Shown here piece by piece: positions 24,449 to 35,401 of a DNA stretch of 61,811 nucleotides. Both the position numbers and the translations under genes were made by a program. The notes beneath the pieces are model-generated. The model did no database searches, was not told where the DNA came from, and was given only the letters and a program-made list of their open reading frames with translations. Each line of letters starts with the position of its first letter. The first letter of the stretch is position 1. The stretch spans positions 1 through 61,811 of the forward strand of contig DASTUL010000031.1 of the NCBI GenBank assembly GCA_035759645.1, written 5' to 3'. The stretch is from Lysobacteraceae bacterium (GTDB taxonomy: Bacteria; Pseudomonadota; Gammaproteobacteria; Xanthomonadales; Xanthomonadaceae).

Positions 24449-26524
24449 TTGCCGATGCACGACGCCATCCTCGAAGCCCTGCGCCGCGGCGCCACCGCCG
24501 AAGCCCTGGCGCTCGCCCGCGACTGGGTGGCCGAAGCCCCGGAAGACGCGCAGGCGCATCGCTGGCTGGCGGTCACCCAGACCCAGGCCGGCGACCACGA
24601 AGGCGCGCTGGAAAGCATCGACCGCGCGATCGCGCTGGCCCCCGACGAGGCCGAATTGCACCTGGTGCGGGGCAGCGTGTTGCTGGGCGTTCGCAGGATG
24701 GACGATGCGCAGGTTGCGCTGGCCAAGGCGACCGGCCTGGACCCGAACCAGCTCGGCGCCTATTTCCTCCAGGCGCAGATGGCGCTGGCCCGCGGCGATG
24801 TCGACGAGGCCGAACGCATCGCCACGCTCGCCGCGCGCATCGCACCCGACCATCCCCAGTTGGCCGCGATCCGCGGGATGGTCGCCCTGCGCCGCGGCGA
24901 CGCCGCAGGCGCGGTGACGCTGCTCAACGCCGCCGTCGCCGAGGGTGGCGAGGAGCCGCAGGTCTACTACGCGCTCGGCTTCGCCTACCTGGCGCAGGGC
25001 CACCGCGCCTTTGCGGAACAGGCCTTCGCCAAGGTGCTGGAACTGCTGCCGTCCGCGAACGGCCTGCGCGGGATCATCGCCGACTTGATGGCCACCCAGG
25101 GGCGCCCGGCCGAAGCGCTGGACATGCTGCGCCCGTTGCTCGAGCGCCCCGATCCCGGTTTCCTGTTGCAGCGCCTGGCGGGCGAGCTCGAGATGGCCGC
25201 CGGTCGCCCGGGGCGCGCGCTGCCGTGGCTGCGCGCCGCGTTCGAGGCGCGACCACGCGATCCGCAGGTCCTCACCACGCTGGTCGAAGCGTGGAAGGCG
25301 ATCGGCCAGGCGCCGCCCGCGCGCGAAGCGCTGGACGCGGCGCTGGCCGTCCATCCGGACGAGCCGCGCTTGTGGGAAGCGCGGCTGGTCTTCACCCGCC
25401 AGGAGGACGCGCGCGAAGTCGTCGACCGCTGGCTGGCGGCGATGCCCGACCATCCGGCCGCGCTCGAGGTGCTGGCCACGCTGCAGGACCTGGCTGGCGA
25501 CGATGCGGCCATCGAGACGACCCGCCGCGTGGTCGAGCTCGAGCCCGGCCGGCTCGTCTCCGAGTTGCGCCTGGCATGGCTGGAGCAACGCGAGGACCCG
25601 CCCGCGGCGATCGCACGGCTGCAGCGCCTGGTCGACCACCATGAGGCACCGGGGGTCCGCGCCCAGCTGCGTGCGCAACTGGGGCTCGCGCAAGACAAGG
25701 CAGGGCGTTTCGAGGACGCGATCGCGACCTGGACCGCGCTGCATGCCGACCGGCTGCCGCAGTCCCTGGCACGGCCGACGTTCGTGCCGGCACCGGCCGA
25801 ATGGCCGCCGCTGGGCGAGGTCGCTGACGCGGAAGCGCCTGCCATCGCCCTGCTCTGGGGTCCGCCCGGCTCGGCAGTGGACCAGCTGGTCGAACAGGCC
25901 ACGCGCGCCGGATTGCCGATCCTGCGCGACCGCTTCGGCGAAAACCCGCCCCGCGATCCGCTGCAGCGCGCCGATACCGGCGCGCGCCTTGCTGGCGGCG
26001 AACTCACCCCTGAGGCCGTGGTCGACCGGTGGCGCGAGGCGTTGCCGGGCCGCGGCCATGCCGGGGGCCCGCTGATCGACAGGTTGCCGTGGTGGGACAA
26101 CGCCCTGTTGCTGGCGCTGCGTCCCCGGTTGCCCGGCGCGTTGTTGCTGCTGGCGCTGCGCGACCCGCGCGACATGTTGCTCGACTGGCTGGCGTTCGGC
26201 GGCACGGTGCCGCTCGCGCTGGAGTCGCCGCAGGCAGGCGCCCACTGGCTGGCCGGCATGCTCGACCAGGTGGCGACGCTGCGCGAACAGGACCTCTATC
26301 CGCACCGGCTGGTGCGACTGGACGACGCCATCGAGAACCCGGCGGCGCTCACCGATGCCTTGAACGTGGCGCTCGACATCGACCTGCCGCCCCCGCCGCC
26401 GTCGTTGCCGTCCACGCTGCAGCGCCTGCCCGCGGGCCACTGGCGCAAGTACGACGGCGTCCTTGGCGAGGCGTTCGCGGTGCTCGCGCCGGTCGCCGAA
26501 CGCCTGGGTTACCCTCGGGCCTAA
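24449..26524 (+). CDS. TPR-repeat protein with a C-terminal sulfotransferase-like domain
   Basis: Multiple TPR-like helices in the N-terminal ~430 aa. The C-terminal region has LWGPPGS (a degenerate PAPS loop) and LRDPRDMLLDW. Confidence 0.6.
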   Translation: MPMHDAILEALRRGATAEALALARDWVAEAPEDAQAHRWLAVTQTQAGDHEGALESIDRAIALAPDEAELHLVRGSVLLGVRRMDDAQVALAKATGLDPNQLGAYFLQAQMALARGDVDEAERIATLAARIAPDHPQLAAIRGMVALRRGDAAGAVTLLNAAVAEGGEEPQVYYALGFAYLAQGHRAFAEQAFAKVLELLPSANGLRGIIADLMATQGRPAEALDMLRPLLERPDPGFLLQRLAGELEMAAGRPGRALPWLRAAFEARPRDPQVLTTLVEAWKAIGQAPPAREALDAALAVHPDEPRLWEARLVFTRQEDAREVVDRWLAAMPDHPAALEVLATLQDLAGDDAAIETTRRVVELEPGRLVSELRLAWLEQREDPPAAIARLQRLVDHHEAPGVRAQLRAQLGLAQDKAGRFEDAIATWTALHADRLPQSLARPTFVPAPAEWPPLGEVADAEAPAIALLWGPPGSAVDQLVEQATRAGLPILRDRFGENPPRDPLQRADTGARLAGGELTPEAVVDRWREALPGRGHAGGPLIDRLPWWDNALLLALRPRLPGALLLLALRDPRDMLLDWLAFGGTVPLALESPQAGAHWLAGMLDQVATLREQDLYPHRLVRLDDAIENPAALTDALNVALDIDLPPPPPSLPSTLQRLPAGHWRKYDGVLGEAFAVLAPVAERLGYPRA

Positions 26525-26539
26525 AACGCCGGAGGCAGC

Positions 26540-27142
26540 ATGCGCATCCGCAGCGACAGCTTCACCCATGGCGAACCCTTGCCGGCGGAGTTTGCGCTCG
26601 GCGCGCCCGATGGTTTCGGCGGCAATCGAAATCCGCACCTGGCGTGGGACGACGTGCCCGAAGGCACCCGCTCGTTTGCGCTGATGTGCATCGACACCGA
26701 TGCACCGACCGATCCCGCGCTCGTGGCCGGCGACGTGCCGATCCCGGTCGACCATCCGCGCGGCGGGTTCGTGCATTGGGTCGTCGCCGACCTGCCTGCC
26801 GGCACGCGTTCGATCGCCGCCGGCGCCGCCAGCGACGGCGTGACGAAACAAGGCAAGCCCGCGGGTGGCATCGACGGTATCGGCGGCCGCCAGGGCCTCA
26901 ACGACTACACCGGCTGGTTCGCTGGTGACGCGGACATGGGCGGCGACTACCACGGCTATGACGGCCCGTATCCGCCCGGCCACGACCTGCGCGTGCACCG
27001 CTACTTCTTCCGCGTGTTCGCGCTCGACGTCGACTCGCTCGACCTGCCCGCGAAGTTCACCGCCGCCGACGTGTTCCGCGCGATGCATGGGCACGTGCTC
27101 GGCGAAGCCGCCGAACATGGCACGTACACGTTGAATCGCTGA
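26540..27142 (+). CDS. YbhB/YbcL-family PEBP (Raf kinase inhibitor-like) protein
   Basis: NPHLAWDDVPEGTRSFALMCIDTDAP and HRYFFRVFALD. Confidence 0.8.
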   Translation: MRIRSDSFTHGEPLPAEFALGAPDGFGGNRNPHLAWDDVPEGTRSFALMCIDTDAPTDPALVAGDVPIPVDHPRGGFVHWVVADLPAGTRSIAAGAASDGVTKQGKPAGGIDGIGGRQGLNDYTGWFAGDADMGGDYHGYDGPYPPGHDLRVHRYFFRVFALDVDSLDLPAKFTAADVFRAMHGHVLGEAAEHGTYTLNR

Positions 27143-27150
27143 CGGTCGGC

Positions 27151-27987
27151 TCAGATCCCGGTAGGCAACCAGAGCAGCAGCGCAGCGCCCAGCACCGCGC
27201 GGTAGACCGCGAATGCGGTGAAGCGGTGGCTCTGGATGTAGTGCAGCAGCCACTTCACCGCGACGAACGCGGTGATGGCCGAGGCGGTGAACGCGACCGC
27301 GAGCATCCCCCAATCCTCGTTCGCCGCTTCGCCAGCCTGGATGACGTCGATCAATTCGTATCCGGTTGCGGCGAACATCGTCGGGATGCCGACCAGGAAT
27401 GCGAACTCGGTGGCGGCGGCGCGGTTGGTGGTCCCCGCCAGCAGCGCCACGAAGATCGTTGCGCCCGAGCGCGAAGTGCCGGGGAACACGCCGGCCACGA
27501 CCTGCGCGACGCCGACCAGGATCGCGGTCGTCCATGAGATGGCACTGCGCTCGCCCAGTTTCTCGGCGCGCCTGGCCGCCAGCTGCTCGGCGAGGATCAT
27601 CCACACGCCGCCGAGGATCAGCGCCCAGGCGATCGGGGTGATTTCCGTGGGCAATTCCCAGCCCAGCGCCTTGACCAGCAGGCCGAGGACGGCCGTGACG
27701 CCGAACGACACGAGCAGCTTCCACGCGTAGTCGCGCGGCGGCTGCCCGTGGACGGCCTCGGGCGCCGCACCGGGACGCAGGAACGCCATGGCGAGTTGCA
27801 CCAGCCGCTCGCGATAGATCAGCACCACCGCGAGGATGGCGCCGGCCTGGATGGCGATGTTGAAAAGGTCGCTGCGATGGCCCAGCCAGTGCTCGGCGAT
27901 CAGCAGGTGGCCGGTGCTGGAAATCGGCAGGAATTCGGTGATGCCCTCGATGATGCCGAGCAGCAGGGCGGCCAGGAAATCGGTCAT
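27151..27987 (-). CDS. uppP: Undecaprenyl-diphosphate phosphatase
   Basis: LLGIIEGITEFLPISSTGHL and PGTSRSGATI, the BacA/UppP signatures. Confidence 0.9.
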   Translation of the reverse strand: MTDFLAALLLGIIEGITEFLPISSTGHLLIAEHWLGHRSDLFNIAIQAGAILAVVLIYRERLVQLAMAFLRPGAAPEAVHGQPPRDYAWKLLVSFGVTAVLGLLVKALGWELPTEITPIAWALILGGVWMILAEQLAARRAEKLGERSAISWTTAILVGVAQVVAGVFPGTSRSGATIFVALLAGTTNRAAATEFAFLVGIPTMFAATGYELIDVIQAGEAANEDWGMLAVAFTASAITAFVAVKWLLHYIQSHRFTAFAVYRAVLGAALLLWLPTGI

Positions 27988-27999
27988 CGGAAAAGCTTA

Positions 28000-28021
28000 C
28001 CTGCAATCGTATGCATGCAGG
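28000..28021 (+). promoter_or_regulatory. Inverted repeat CCTGCA-N10-TGCAGG in the uppP/zwf divergent spacer
   Basis: Sequence cctgcaatcgtatgcatgcagg contains the internal TGCATGCA palindrome. Candidate operator of the ED operon. Confidence 0.3.
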
Positions 28022-28053
28022 TTCGTGAACACCGGCGGTTTACGCTTCGCCGG

Positions 28054-29516
<1,463 letters not shown>

Positions 29517-29520
<4 letters not shown>

Positions 29521-30275
29521 CGACACCCCGTCATTCCTCGCGACCCCACCGTCATTCCCGCGAAGGCGGGAATCCATTGCACTGGATCGAACACCCCAGT
29601 GCCGACGCCATGGCCCACGCCCTCGCGAACACATTGCACGACGCCTGCGCCCGCGCCATCGCCGAACGCGGCCAGGCCTGGCTCGCGCTCGCCGGCGGCA
29701 AGACGCCGTTCCCCGCCTACCGCGAGTTCGCCAGGACAAACCTGCCTTGGCCGCAGGTGCAGGTCGTCCCGACGGATGAGCGTTGTGTCCCGAACGACCA
29801 TCCGGCTTCCAATCACCGCGCAATGCTGACGGCGTTCCTCGGCGCGCCCGGCATCGTGCTGCATCCGCTCGCGGAAGCCGGAGACGACTGCAATGCGTCG
29901 CTCGACCAAGCGCACAAGCGGTTGGCCCGCCACCCGGAATCGTTCGACGCGGTGCTGCTCGGCATGGGCGCGGACGCGCACTTCGCGTCGCTCTTCCCGG
30001 GTGCGCCAGGGCTCGCCGCGGCGTTGGACCCCGCCGGAACGCCGGACGTGGTGCGGATCGATCCCGAACCGTTGCCTCCGGAAGCGCCGTTCCCGCGCAT
30101 CAGCCTCACCCTGTCGCGGTTGCTGCACGCGAGGGAGATTCACCTCGTGGTGACCGGCGCGGGCAAGCGCGCAGTGCTGGAAGAGGCCGCGGCTTCCGGC
30201 GATCCATTGCGCCATCCGGTCGCCGCGCTCCTCCACGCGAACACCGCACCGCTCTCCCTACACTGGGCCGCCTGA
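29517..30275 (+). CDS. pgl: 6-phosphogluconolactonase
   Basis: LALAGGKTP and [20 protein letters not shown] overlap with the zwf stop. The first ~20 codons are REP-encoded, so the true start may be TTG 29577. Confidence 0.8.
29530..29575. repeat. REP family A (a degenerate arm plus a full hairpin) at the zwf/pgl junction
   Basis: Sequence gtcattcctcgcgaccccacc gtcattcccgcgaaggcgggaatcc. Confidence 0.85.
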
Positions 30276-32167
30276 TGGCCATGCATCCGACCATCGACCG
30301 GGTCACGACGCGCATCGCGGAACGCAGCCGCGGCCTGCGCGACGACTATCTCGCGCGCATGGACGCCGCCCGCCTCGACGGGCCGGCCCGCGGCGTGCTG
30401 GGCTGCGGCAACCTGGCGCATGGCTTCGCCGCCGCGGGCGCCGACAAGCTGATGCTCCGCGCGGGCGCCGGCGGCAACGTCGGCATCGTTACCGCGTACA
30501 ACGACATGCTCTCGGCGCACCAGCCGTTCGAGCCGTATCCGTCGCTGATCCGCGCCGCGGCGCGCAACGCCGGCGGCAGCGCGCAGGTCGCGGGCGGCGT
30601 GCCCGCGATGTGCGACGGCGTTACCCAGGGCCGGGCTGGCATGGAGCTGTCGCTGTTTTCGCGCGACACCATCGCGCTGGCCACGGCGGTCGCGTTGTCG
30701 CACGACATGTTCGACGCGGTGCTGTGCCTGGGCGTGTGCGACAAGATCGTGCCGGGACTGCTGATCGGCGCGCTGTCGTACGGCCACTTGCCGGTCGTGT
30801 TCGTCCCCGCCGGGCCGATGCCCTCGGGACTGCCCAATCGCGAGAAGGCCGCGGTGCGCCAGCACTTCGCCGAGGGCACGGCGACCCGCGAGGACCTGCT
30901 CGATGCCGAGGCCGCCAGCTACCACGCGCCCGGCACCTGCACCTTCTACGGCACCGCCAACTCCAACCAGATGCTGATGGAAGTGATGGGCCTGCACGTA
31001 CCGGGCACCGCGTTCGTCAATCCGGGCACGCCGTTGCGCGACGCGCTGACCGTGGCCGCGACCGAAATGGCACTGGGCATCACCGCGCTCGGCAAGGACT
31101 ACCGACCGATGGCGCGCACCGTCGACGAGAAGGCGATCGTCAACGCGATGGTGGCGCTGGCGGCGACCGGCGGGTCGACCAACCACGCGATCCACCTGGT
31201 CGCCATCGCGCGCGCAGCAGGCCTGTCGATCGACTGGGACGACCTGGACGAGGTCTCGAAGGCGACGCCGCTGCTGGCGCGCGTGTATCCGAACGGCAGT
31301 GCCGACGTGAACGGCTTCCAGGGCGCGGGCGGCACCGGCTTCGTGATCCGCGAGCTGCTCGACGCGGGGCTGTTGCACCAGGACATCGCCTGCGTGCACG
31401 GCGGCGACCTGCGCCAGCAGGCGATGGAGCCATACCTCGACGACCTGGTGTTGCGCTGGCGCGAGCCGGTGCCGGTCACCCGTGATCCGACGATCCTGCG
31501 CCCCGCGGCCGACCCGTTCGATGCGGAAGGCGGCCTGCGCCGGCTGCATGGCAACCTGGGGCGCGCGGTCGTCAAGGTGTCGGCGGTCGCGCCGGAGTTC
31601 CGAACGATCCAGGCGCCCGCGCGGGTGTTCGATTCGCAGGAAGGCCTGCTGGATGCGTTCCGGGCCGATATGCTGCAGGGCGACTTCATCGCCGTGGTGC
31701 GCAGCCAGGGACCGAAGGCCAACGGCATGCCGGAACTGCACAAGCTGACGCCGACCTTGTCGCTCCTGCAGGACCGCGGGCAGCGCGTGGCGTTGCTGAC
31801 CGACGGACGCATGTCCGGCGCGTCGGGCAAGGTGCTGGCGGCGATCCACGTGGTGCCCGAAGCCGTCGACCGCGGACCGATCGGCCAGTTGCGCGATGGC
31901 GACGTGGTGCGCATCGATTCGGAAGCCGGCACGCTCGACGCACTGGTCGATGCCGACGAGTGGCATGCACGCGCGCCGGAACATGGCCCGCTGGCGCCGA
32001 ACCGCACCGGCCTCGGTCGCGAACTGTTCGGCCTGATGCGCCTGCATGCCGGCACCGCCGAACAGGGCGCGTGTTCCCTGTTCGTTCCGGAAGGTCATTC
32101 CCGCGAAGGCGGGAATCCATCGCCGGTGGTACTGGGTCCCCGCCTTCGCGGGGATGACAGCCGATGA
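30275..32167 (+). CDS. edd: Phosphogluconate dehydratase
   Basis: IlvD/Edd family motifs ([30 protein letters not shown]). The start overlaps the pgl stop. The last ~25 aa are REP-encoded. Confidence 0.9.
   Translation: MAMHPTIDRVTTRIAERSRGLRDDYLARMDAARLDGPARGVLGCGNLAHGFAAAGADKLMLRAGAGGNVGIVTAYNDMLSAHQPFEPYPSLIRAAARNAGGSAQVAGGVPAMCDGVTQGRAGMELSLFSRDTIALATAVALSHDMFDAVLCLGVCDKIVPGLLIGALSYGHLPVVFVPAGPMPSGLPNREKAAVRQHFAEGTATREDLLDAEAASYHAPGTCTFYGTANSNQMLMEVMGLHVPGTAFVNPGTPLRDALTVAATEMALGITALGKDYRPMARTVDEKAIVNAMVALAATGGSTNHAIHLVAIARAAGLSIDWDDLDEVSKATPLLARVYPNGSADVNGFQGAGGTGFVIRELLDAGLLHQDIACVHGGDLRQQAMEPYLDDLVLRWREPVPVTRDPTILRPAADPFDAEGGLRRLHGNLGRAVVKVSAVAPEFRTIQAPARVFDSQEGLLDAFRADMLQGDFIAVVRSQGPKANGMPELHKLTPTLSLLQDRGQRVALLTDGRMSGASGKVLAAIHVVPEAVDRGPIGQLRDGDVVRIDSEAGTLDALVDADEWHARAPEHGPLAPNRTGLGRELFGLMRLHAGTAEQGACSLFVPEGHSREGGNPSPVVLGPRLRGDDSR
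32094..32158. repeat. REP family A inverted pair at the edd/glk junction
   Basis: Arm gtcattcccgcgaaggcgggaatcc (32094-32118) and arm gggtccccgccttcgcggggatgac (32134-32158). Confidence 0.9.
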
Positions 32168-33201
32168 CGACCGACCTTGCGCTGATCGCCGACATCGGCG
32201 GGACCAATGCGCGGTTCGCGCTGGTCGACCTCGCCGCGCCGCGGGCGGAGATCCGGCAGCCGCAGTCGCTGTGCAACGCGGACTTCGCCAGCCTGCAGCA
32301 CGCGGCGAACCATTACCTGCAATCGGTCGGTGCGAAGCCGAAGCGTGCCGCGATCGCGGTGGCGTCCCCTGTCGCCGGCGACGAGATCCGCCTGACCAAC
32401 CGCGCGTGGTCGTTCGGCCGCGAGGAGCTGCGCAACGCGCTGGGCCTCGACGAACTGCGTTTGCTCAATGACTTCGGCGCCATCGGCTGGGCGGTCCAGG
32501 CGTTGCAACCGGACGAACGGATTGCGTTGTACGGCCAGGTCGCAGAACCCATGGTCGGCCCGATCACCGTGCTCGGTCCCGGCACCGGCCTGGGCGTGGG
32601 CCTGCTGGTGGGATCGCAGGCGGACGGCTGGCATGTCGTGGAAACAGAAGGCGGCCACGTCAGCTTCGCGCCGCAGGGCGACGAGGAACACCTGGTCGCG
32701 CGCTGGTTCACCGCACGCCACGGGCGGGTGTCGAACGAGCGCGTGCTGTGCGGCAAGGGCCTGTCGCAGGTCGACGCCATCCTGCGCGGCGCGGCCATCG
32801 GCCAGGAACCCCAGTTGCGCGAACCGGCCGATATCGTCGAAGCCGCGCTCGCGGCGACCGACGTCTCCGCGCGACGCGCACTCGCGCGGTTCTGCGCGGT
32901 GCTCGGCAGCGTGGCCGGCGACTGCGCGCTGGTGCATGGCGCGCGCACCGTGGTGATCGCCGGCGGCATGGTGCCGCGCTTCGTCCCGTTCCTGCGCAGC
33001 AGTGCGTTCCGCGAACGGTTCCTGGCCAAGGGCCGGTTCGCCGCCTGGCTCGAGTCGGTCGCCATCCACGTGATCACCCATCCACACCCGGGCCTGCTCG
33101 GCGCGGCGGTCGCTTTGCGCAATGTGGGAGCCGCTACGGCGGCGAGCTCTTCGCCAGGAGCTCGCCGCCATGGCGGCTCCCACAGGGACGACTCGCCATG
33201 A
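32164..33201 (+). CDS. glk: Glucokinase
   Basis: [22 protein letters not shown] and EGGH. ATGA overlap with edd. The last ~25 aa are REP-encoded. Confidence 0.9.
   Translation: MTTDLALIADIGGTNARFALVDLAAPRAEIRQPQSLCNADFASLQHAANHYLQSVGAKPKRAAIAVASPVAGDEIRLTNRAWSFGREELRNALGLDELRLLNDFGAIGWAVQALQPDERIALYGQVAEPMVGPITVLGPGTGLGVGLLVGSQADGWHVVETEGGHVSFAPQGDEEHLVARWFTARHGRVSNERVLCGKGLSQVDAILRGAAIGQEPQLREPADIVEAALAATDVSARRALARFCAVLGSVAGDCALVHGARTVVIAGGMVPRFVPFLRSSAFRERFLAKGRFAAWLESVAIHVITHPHPGLLGAAVALRNVGAATAASSSPGARRHGGSHRDDSP
33123..33184. repeat. REP family B palindrome at the glk/eda junction
   Basis: Sequence tgtgggagccgctacggcggcgagctcttcgccaggagctcgccgccatggcggctcccaca. Confidence 0.9.
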
Positions 33202-33851
33202 CCGACCTTGGCCCGGAACAGCGCGCCGCGGCGCTCGATGCGATCCTGCGTCGCGCGCCGGTGCTGCCGGTACTCACCATCGAGCGGCTCGACGATGCGG
33301 TGCCGCTCGCGCGTAGGCTGGTCGAGGCCGGCCTGCCGGTGCTGGAGGTGACGCTACGCACGAGCGTCGCGCTCGAGGCGATCGCGCGCATCGCGGTGGA
33401 GGTGCCGGACGCGATCGTCGGCGCCGGCACCGTGTTGCGTCCGCTCGACCTGGAGCAGGTGGCGGACGCTGGTGCTCATTTCGCCATCGCCCCCGGCGCG
33501 ACCGACGCGCTCTACGCCGCGGCGCGCACCACTGCGATCCCGTTCCTGCCCGGCATCGCGACGGCGAGCGAGCTGATGCGCGGCCTGGAACACGGCCACC
33601 GCCGCTTCAAGTTCTTCCCGGCAGCCGCAATGGGTGGCCCGACCGCGCTGAAAGCGTTCGCCGGGCCGTTCCCGCAGGTCCGCTTCTGCCCCACCGGCGG
33701 CATCGATGCCGACAGTGCGCCAAGCTACCTGGCGCTATCCAACGTCCTCACCGTCGGCGGCGCCTGGATGGTGCCGCCCGATGCGCTGGAGGCCGGCGAT
33801 TGGGACCGAATCTCCCAGCTGGCCCGCAAGGCCGCCAAGCTCGACGTGTAG
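33198..33851 (+). CDS. eda: KDPG / 4-hydroxy-2-oxoglutarate aldolase
   Basis: PVLEVTLRT, GAGTVL, FKFFPA (Schiff-base Lys) and FCPTGGI. Confidence 0.9.
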   Translation: MTDLGPEQRAAALDAILRRAPVLPVLTIERLDDAVPLARRLVEAGLPVLEVTLRTSVALEAIARIAVEVPDAIVGAGTVLRPLDLEQVADAGAHFAIAPGATDALYAAARTTAIPFLPGIATASELMRGLEHGHRRFKFFPAAAMGGPTALKAFAGPFPQVRFCPTGGIDADSAPSYLALSNVLTVGGAWMVPPDALEAGDWDRISQLARKAAKLDV

Positions 33852-33911
33852 GAGCGGCGTAAGCCGCGATGCTTTTTCGCGAAAGGCTTTCGCGGCTCAC
33901 GCCGCTCCTAC
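33848..33911. repeat. REP family B variant palindrome between convergent eda and the SSF transporter
   Basis: Sequence gtaggagcggcgtaagccgcgatgctttttcgcgaaaggctttcgcggctcacgccgctcctac. It overlaps both stop regions and is a likely bidirectional terminator. Confidence 0.85.
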
Positions 33912-35318
33912 GTGGGCGGGGCGGGAACGGTCGCCGAGCACCTTGTCCAGCAACCACGTCACACCGATCGTCGCCACCAGGGTGATGAACATCAAGTGGA
34001 TGTAGTGCAGCGGCGTCCACGCGAAGGTGAACACCGCATACAGCGCCGCGCCGAACACCAGGCCGCCCCGCACCGCGCGCGAGTCCACCCGCGCGAACAG
34101 CACCGCGACGATGAAGGCCGCCAGCACCGGCATCGAATACAAGCCGTTGAGCTGCTGCAACGTCGCGATGATGCTCTCCGCGTGCTGGTACAGCGGCACC
34201 ATCGCCAGCGACACCAGGGTGAACACGACCGACACCCGTTGCCCGATGCGCTTCACGTCGGCATTCGGGTTCACCTTCACCACGTGGATGTCGCAGGTGT
34301 AGAGCGCCGCCGCCGAGTTCAGGCATGAGTTGTAGCTCGACAGCACCGCGCCGGTGATCACCGCCGCGAACGCGCCCGACATCCACGCAGGCAACACGTC
34401 GCCGACCAGCTGTCCGTATGCCACGTCGCCCACGTCGCCATACAGCTTGAACGCGATGATGCCGGGGAACACCACCACGAACGGCGTGAGCATCTTGAAC
34501 GCCGCCGCCGCGTAGATGCCCTTCTGCGCCTCGCGCACCGAGCCGGCCGCGAGCGCGCGCTGGGCGATCACCATGTTGGTGCCCCAGTAGAAGATGTGGA
34601 TGAACACCATGCCGGTGAGCAGCGTGTGCCACGGGATGTCCGAGTCGTTGTCGCCGATGAGCGTCCAGCGCTCCGCCGGGATGCCCGACAGGTCCCAGCC
34701 AATTGCATTCAGCGCAGCCACCGTCACGATCAATCCAAGCACCAACAGCCCGAGCCCGTTGTAAGTGTCTGAGATCGCGATCGCGCGCAGTCCGCCGAAC
34801 GCCGCGTACGCGAGGCCGCCGGCCGCGAACAAGGCGGAGATCACCAGGATCGGCAAGTCCAGCCCGAACATCGACCGCATGAACACCGCGCCGGTGTACA
34901 GCACCACCGGCAGCAGGATGAACATGTAGCCGAGCATGAAGAGCACCGACACCGTGCGCCGCAGCGCGGGATCGCCGAGACGATGTTCCAGCAGCTCGGT
35001 CGTCGTCGTGCACTTGTAGCGGTAATACATCGGCACCAGCACGTGCGCCAGCACCAGCAGGCCGGCCGCGGCGCCGAACTCCCACCAGGCCACCAGCATC
35101 ATCTGCGCGCCGTTCATGCCGACGATCTGCTCGGCGCTGATGTTGGTCAGCAGCAGCGAGCCGGCGATGAACGGCCAGGCCAGCGTGCCGCCCGCCAGGA
35201 AGTAATCGCGCGCCGCATCGGTGCTGCGCTGTTCGCGGCGGCTGCGCCACCAGGTCGCCACCGCCACCAGCGCGGTGAGTGCCAGGAACACGCCGACCTG
35301 CAGGACATCGTCATTCAT
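33897..35318 (-). CDS. Sodium:solute symporter (SSF/SGLT-type sugar transporter)
   Basis: DYFLAGGTLAWPFIAGSLLLTNISAEQIVGMNG is the typical SSF N-terminus. Polytopic. Confidence 0.85.
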   Translation of the reverse strand: MNDDVLQVGVFLALTALVAVATWWRSRREQRSTDAARDYFLAGGTLAWPFIAGSLLLTNISAEQIVGMNGAQMMLVAWWEFGAAAGLLVLAHVLVPMYYRYKCTTTTELLEHRLGDPALRRTVSVLFMLGYMFILLPVVLYTGAVFMRSMFGLDLPILVISALFAAGGLAYAAFGGLRAIAISDTYNGLGLLVLGLIVTVAALNAIGWDLSGIPAERWTLIGDNDSDIPWHTLLTGMVFIHIFYWGTNMVIAQRALAAGSVREAQKGIYAAAAFKMLTPFVVVFPGIIAFKLYGDVGDVAYGQLVGDVLPAWMSGAFAAVITGAVLSSYNSCLNSAAALYTCDIHVVKVNPNADVKRIGQRVSVVFTLVSLAMVPLYQHAESIIATLQQLNGLYSMPVLAAFIVAVLFARVDSRAVRGGLVFGAALYAVFTFAWTPLHYIHLMFITLVATIGVTWLLDKVLGDRSRPAHVGAA

Positions 35319-35330
35319 GGTGCTGCTCCC

Positions 35331-35365
35331 AAAAAAAAGCCCCGCCGATTGGGAACCGGCGGGGC
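35331..35365 (-). terminator. Strong intrinsic terminator between the TonB-dependent receptor and the SSF transporter
   Basis: On the minus strand the sequence reads GCCCCGCCG-gttcccaat-CGGCGGGGC-TTTTTTTT. The T-tract ends 12 nt before the SSF ATG and abuts its GGGAG Shine-Dalgarno. Confidence 0.75.
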
Positions 35366-35401
35366 AGGGGGTATCGCGAGATTCGTCCGGTCAGGGCCGG
35401 A

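Noticed and set aside
24128-28006. A 1292-aa minus-strand ORF. There are many similar very long track ORFs, for example 498..1652(-), 13491..15779(-), 18952..21195(-), 35279..38239(+), 46455..48377(+), 49169..50950(+) and 60380..61672(+).
   Set aside because: They run antisense to or out of frame with genes that have clear family signatures. Their translations are Arg/Ala/Gly/Pro-rich low-complexity sequence, which is typical of stop-codon-poor frames in about 67% GC DNA. None has a recognisable domain.
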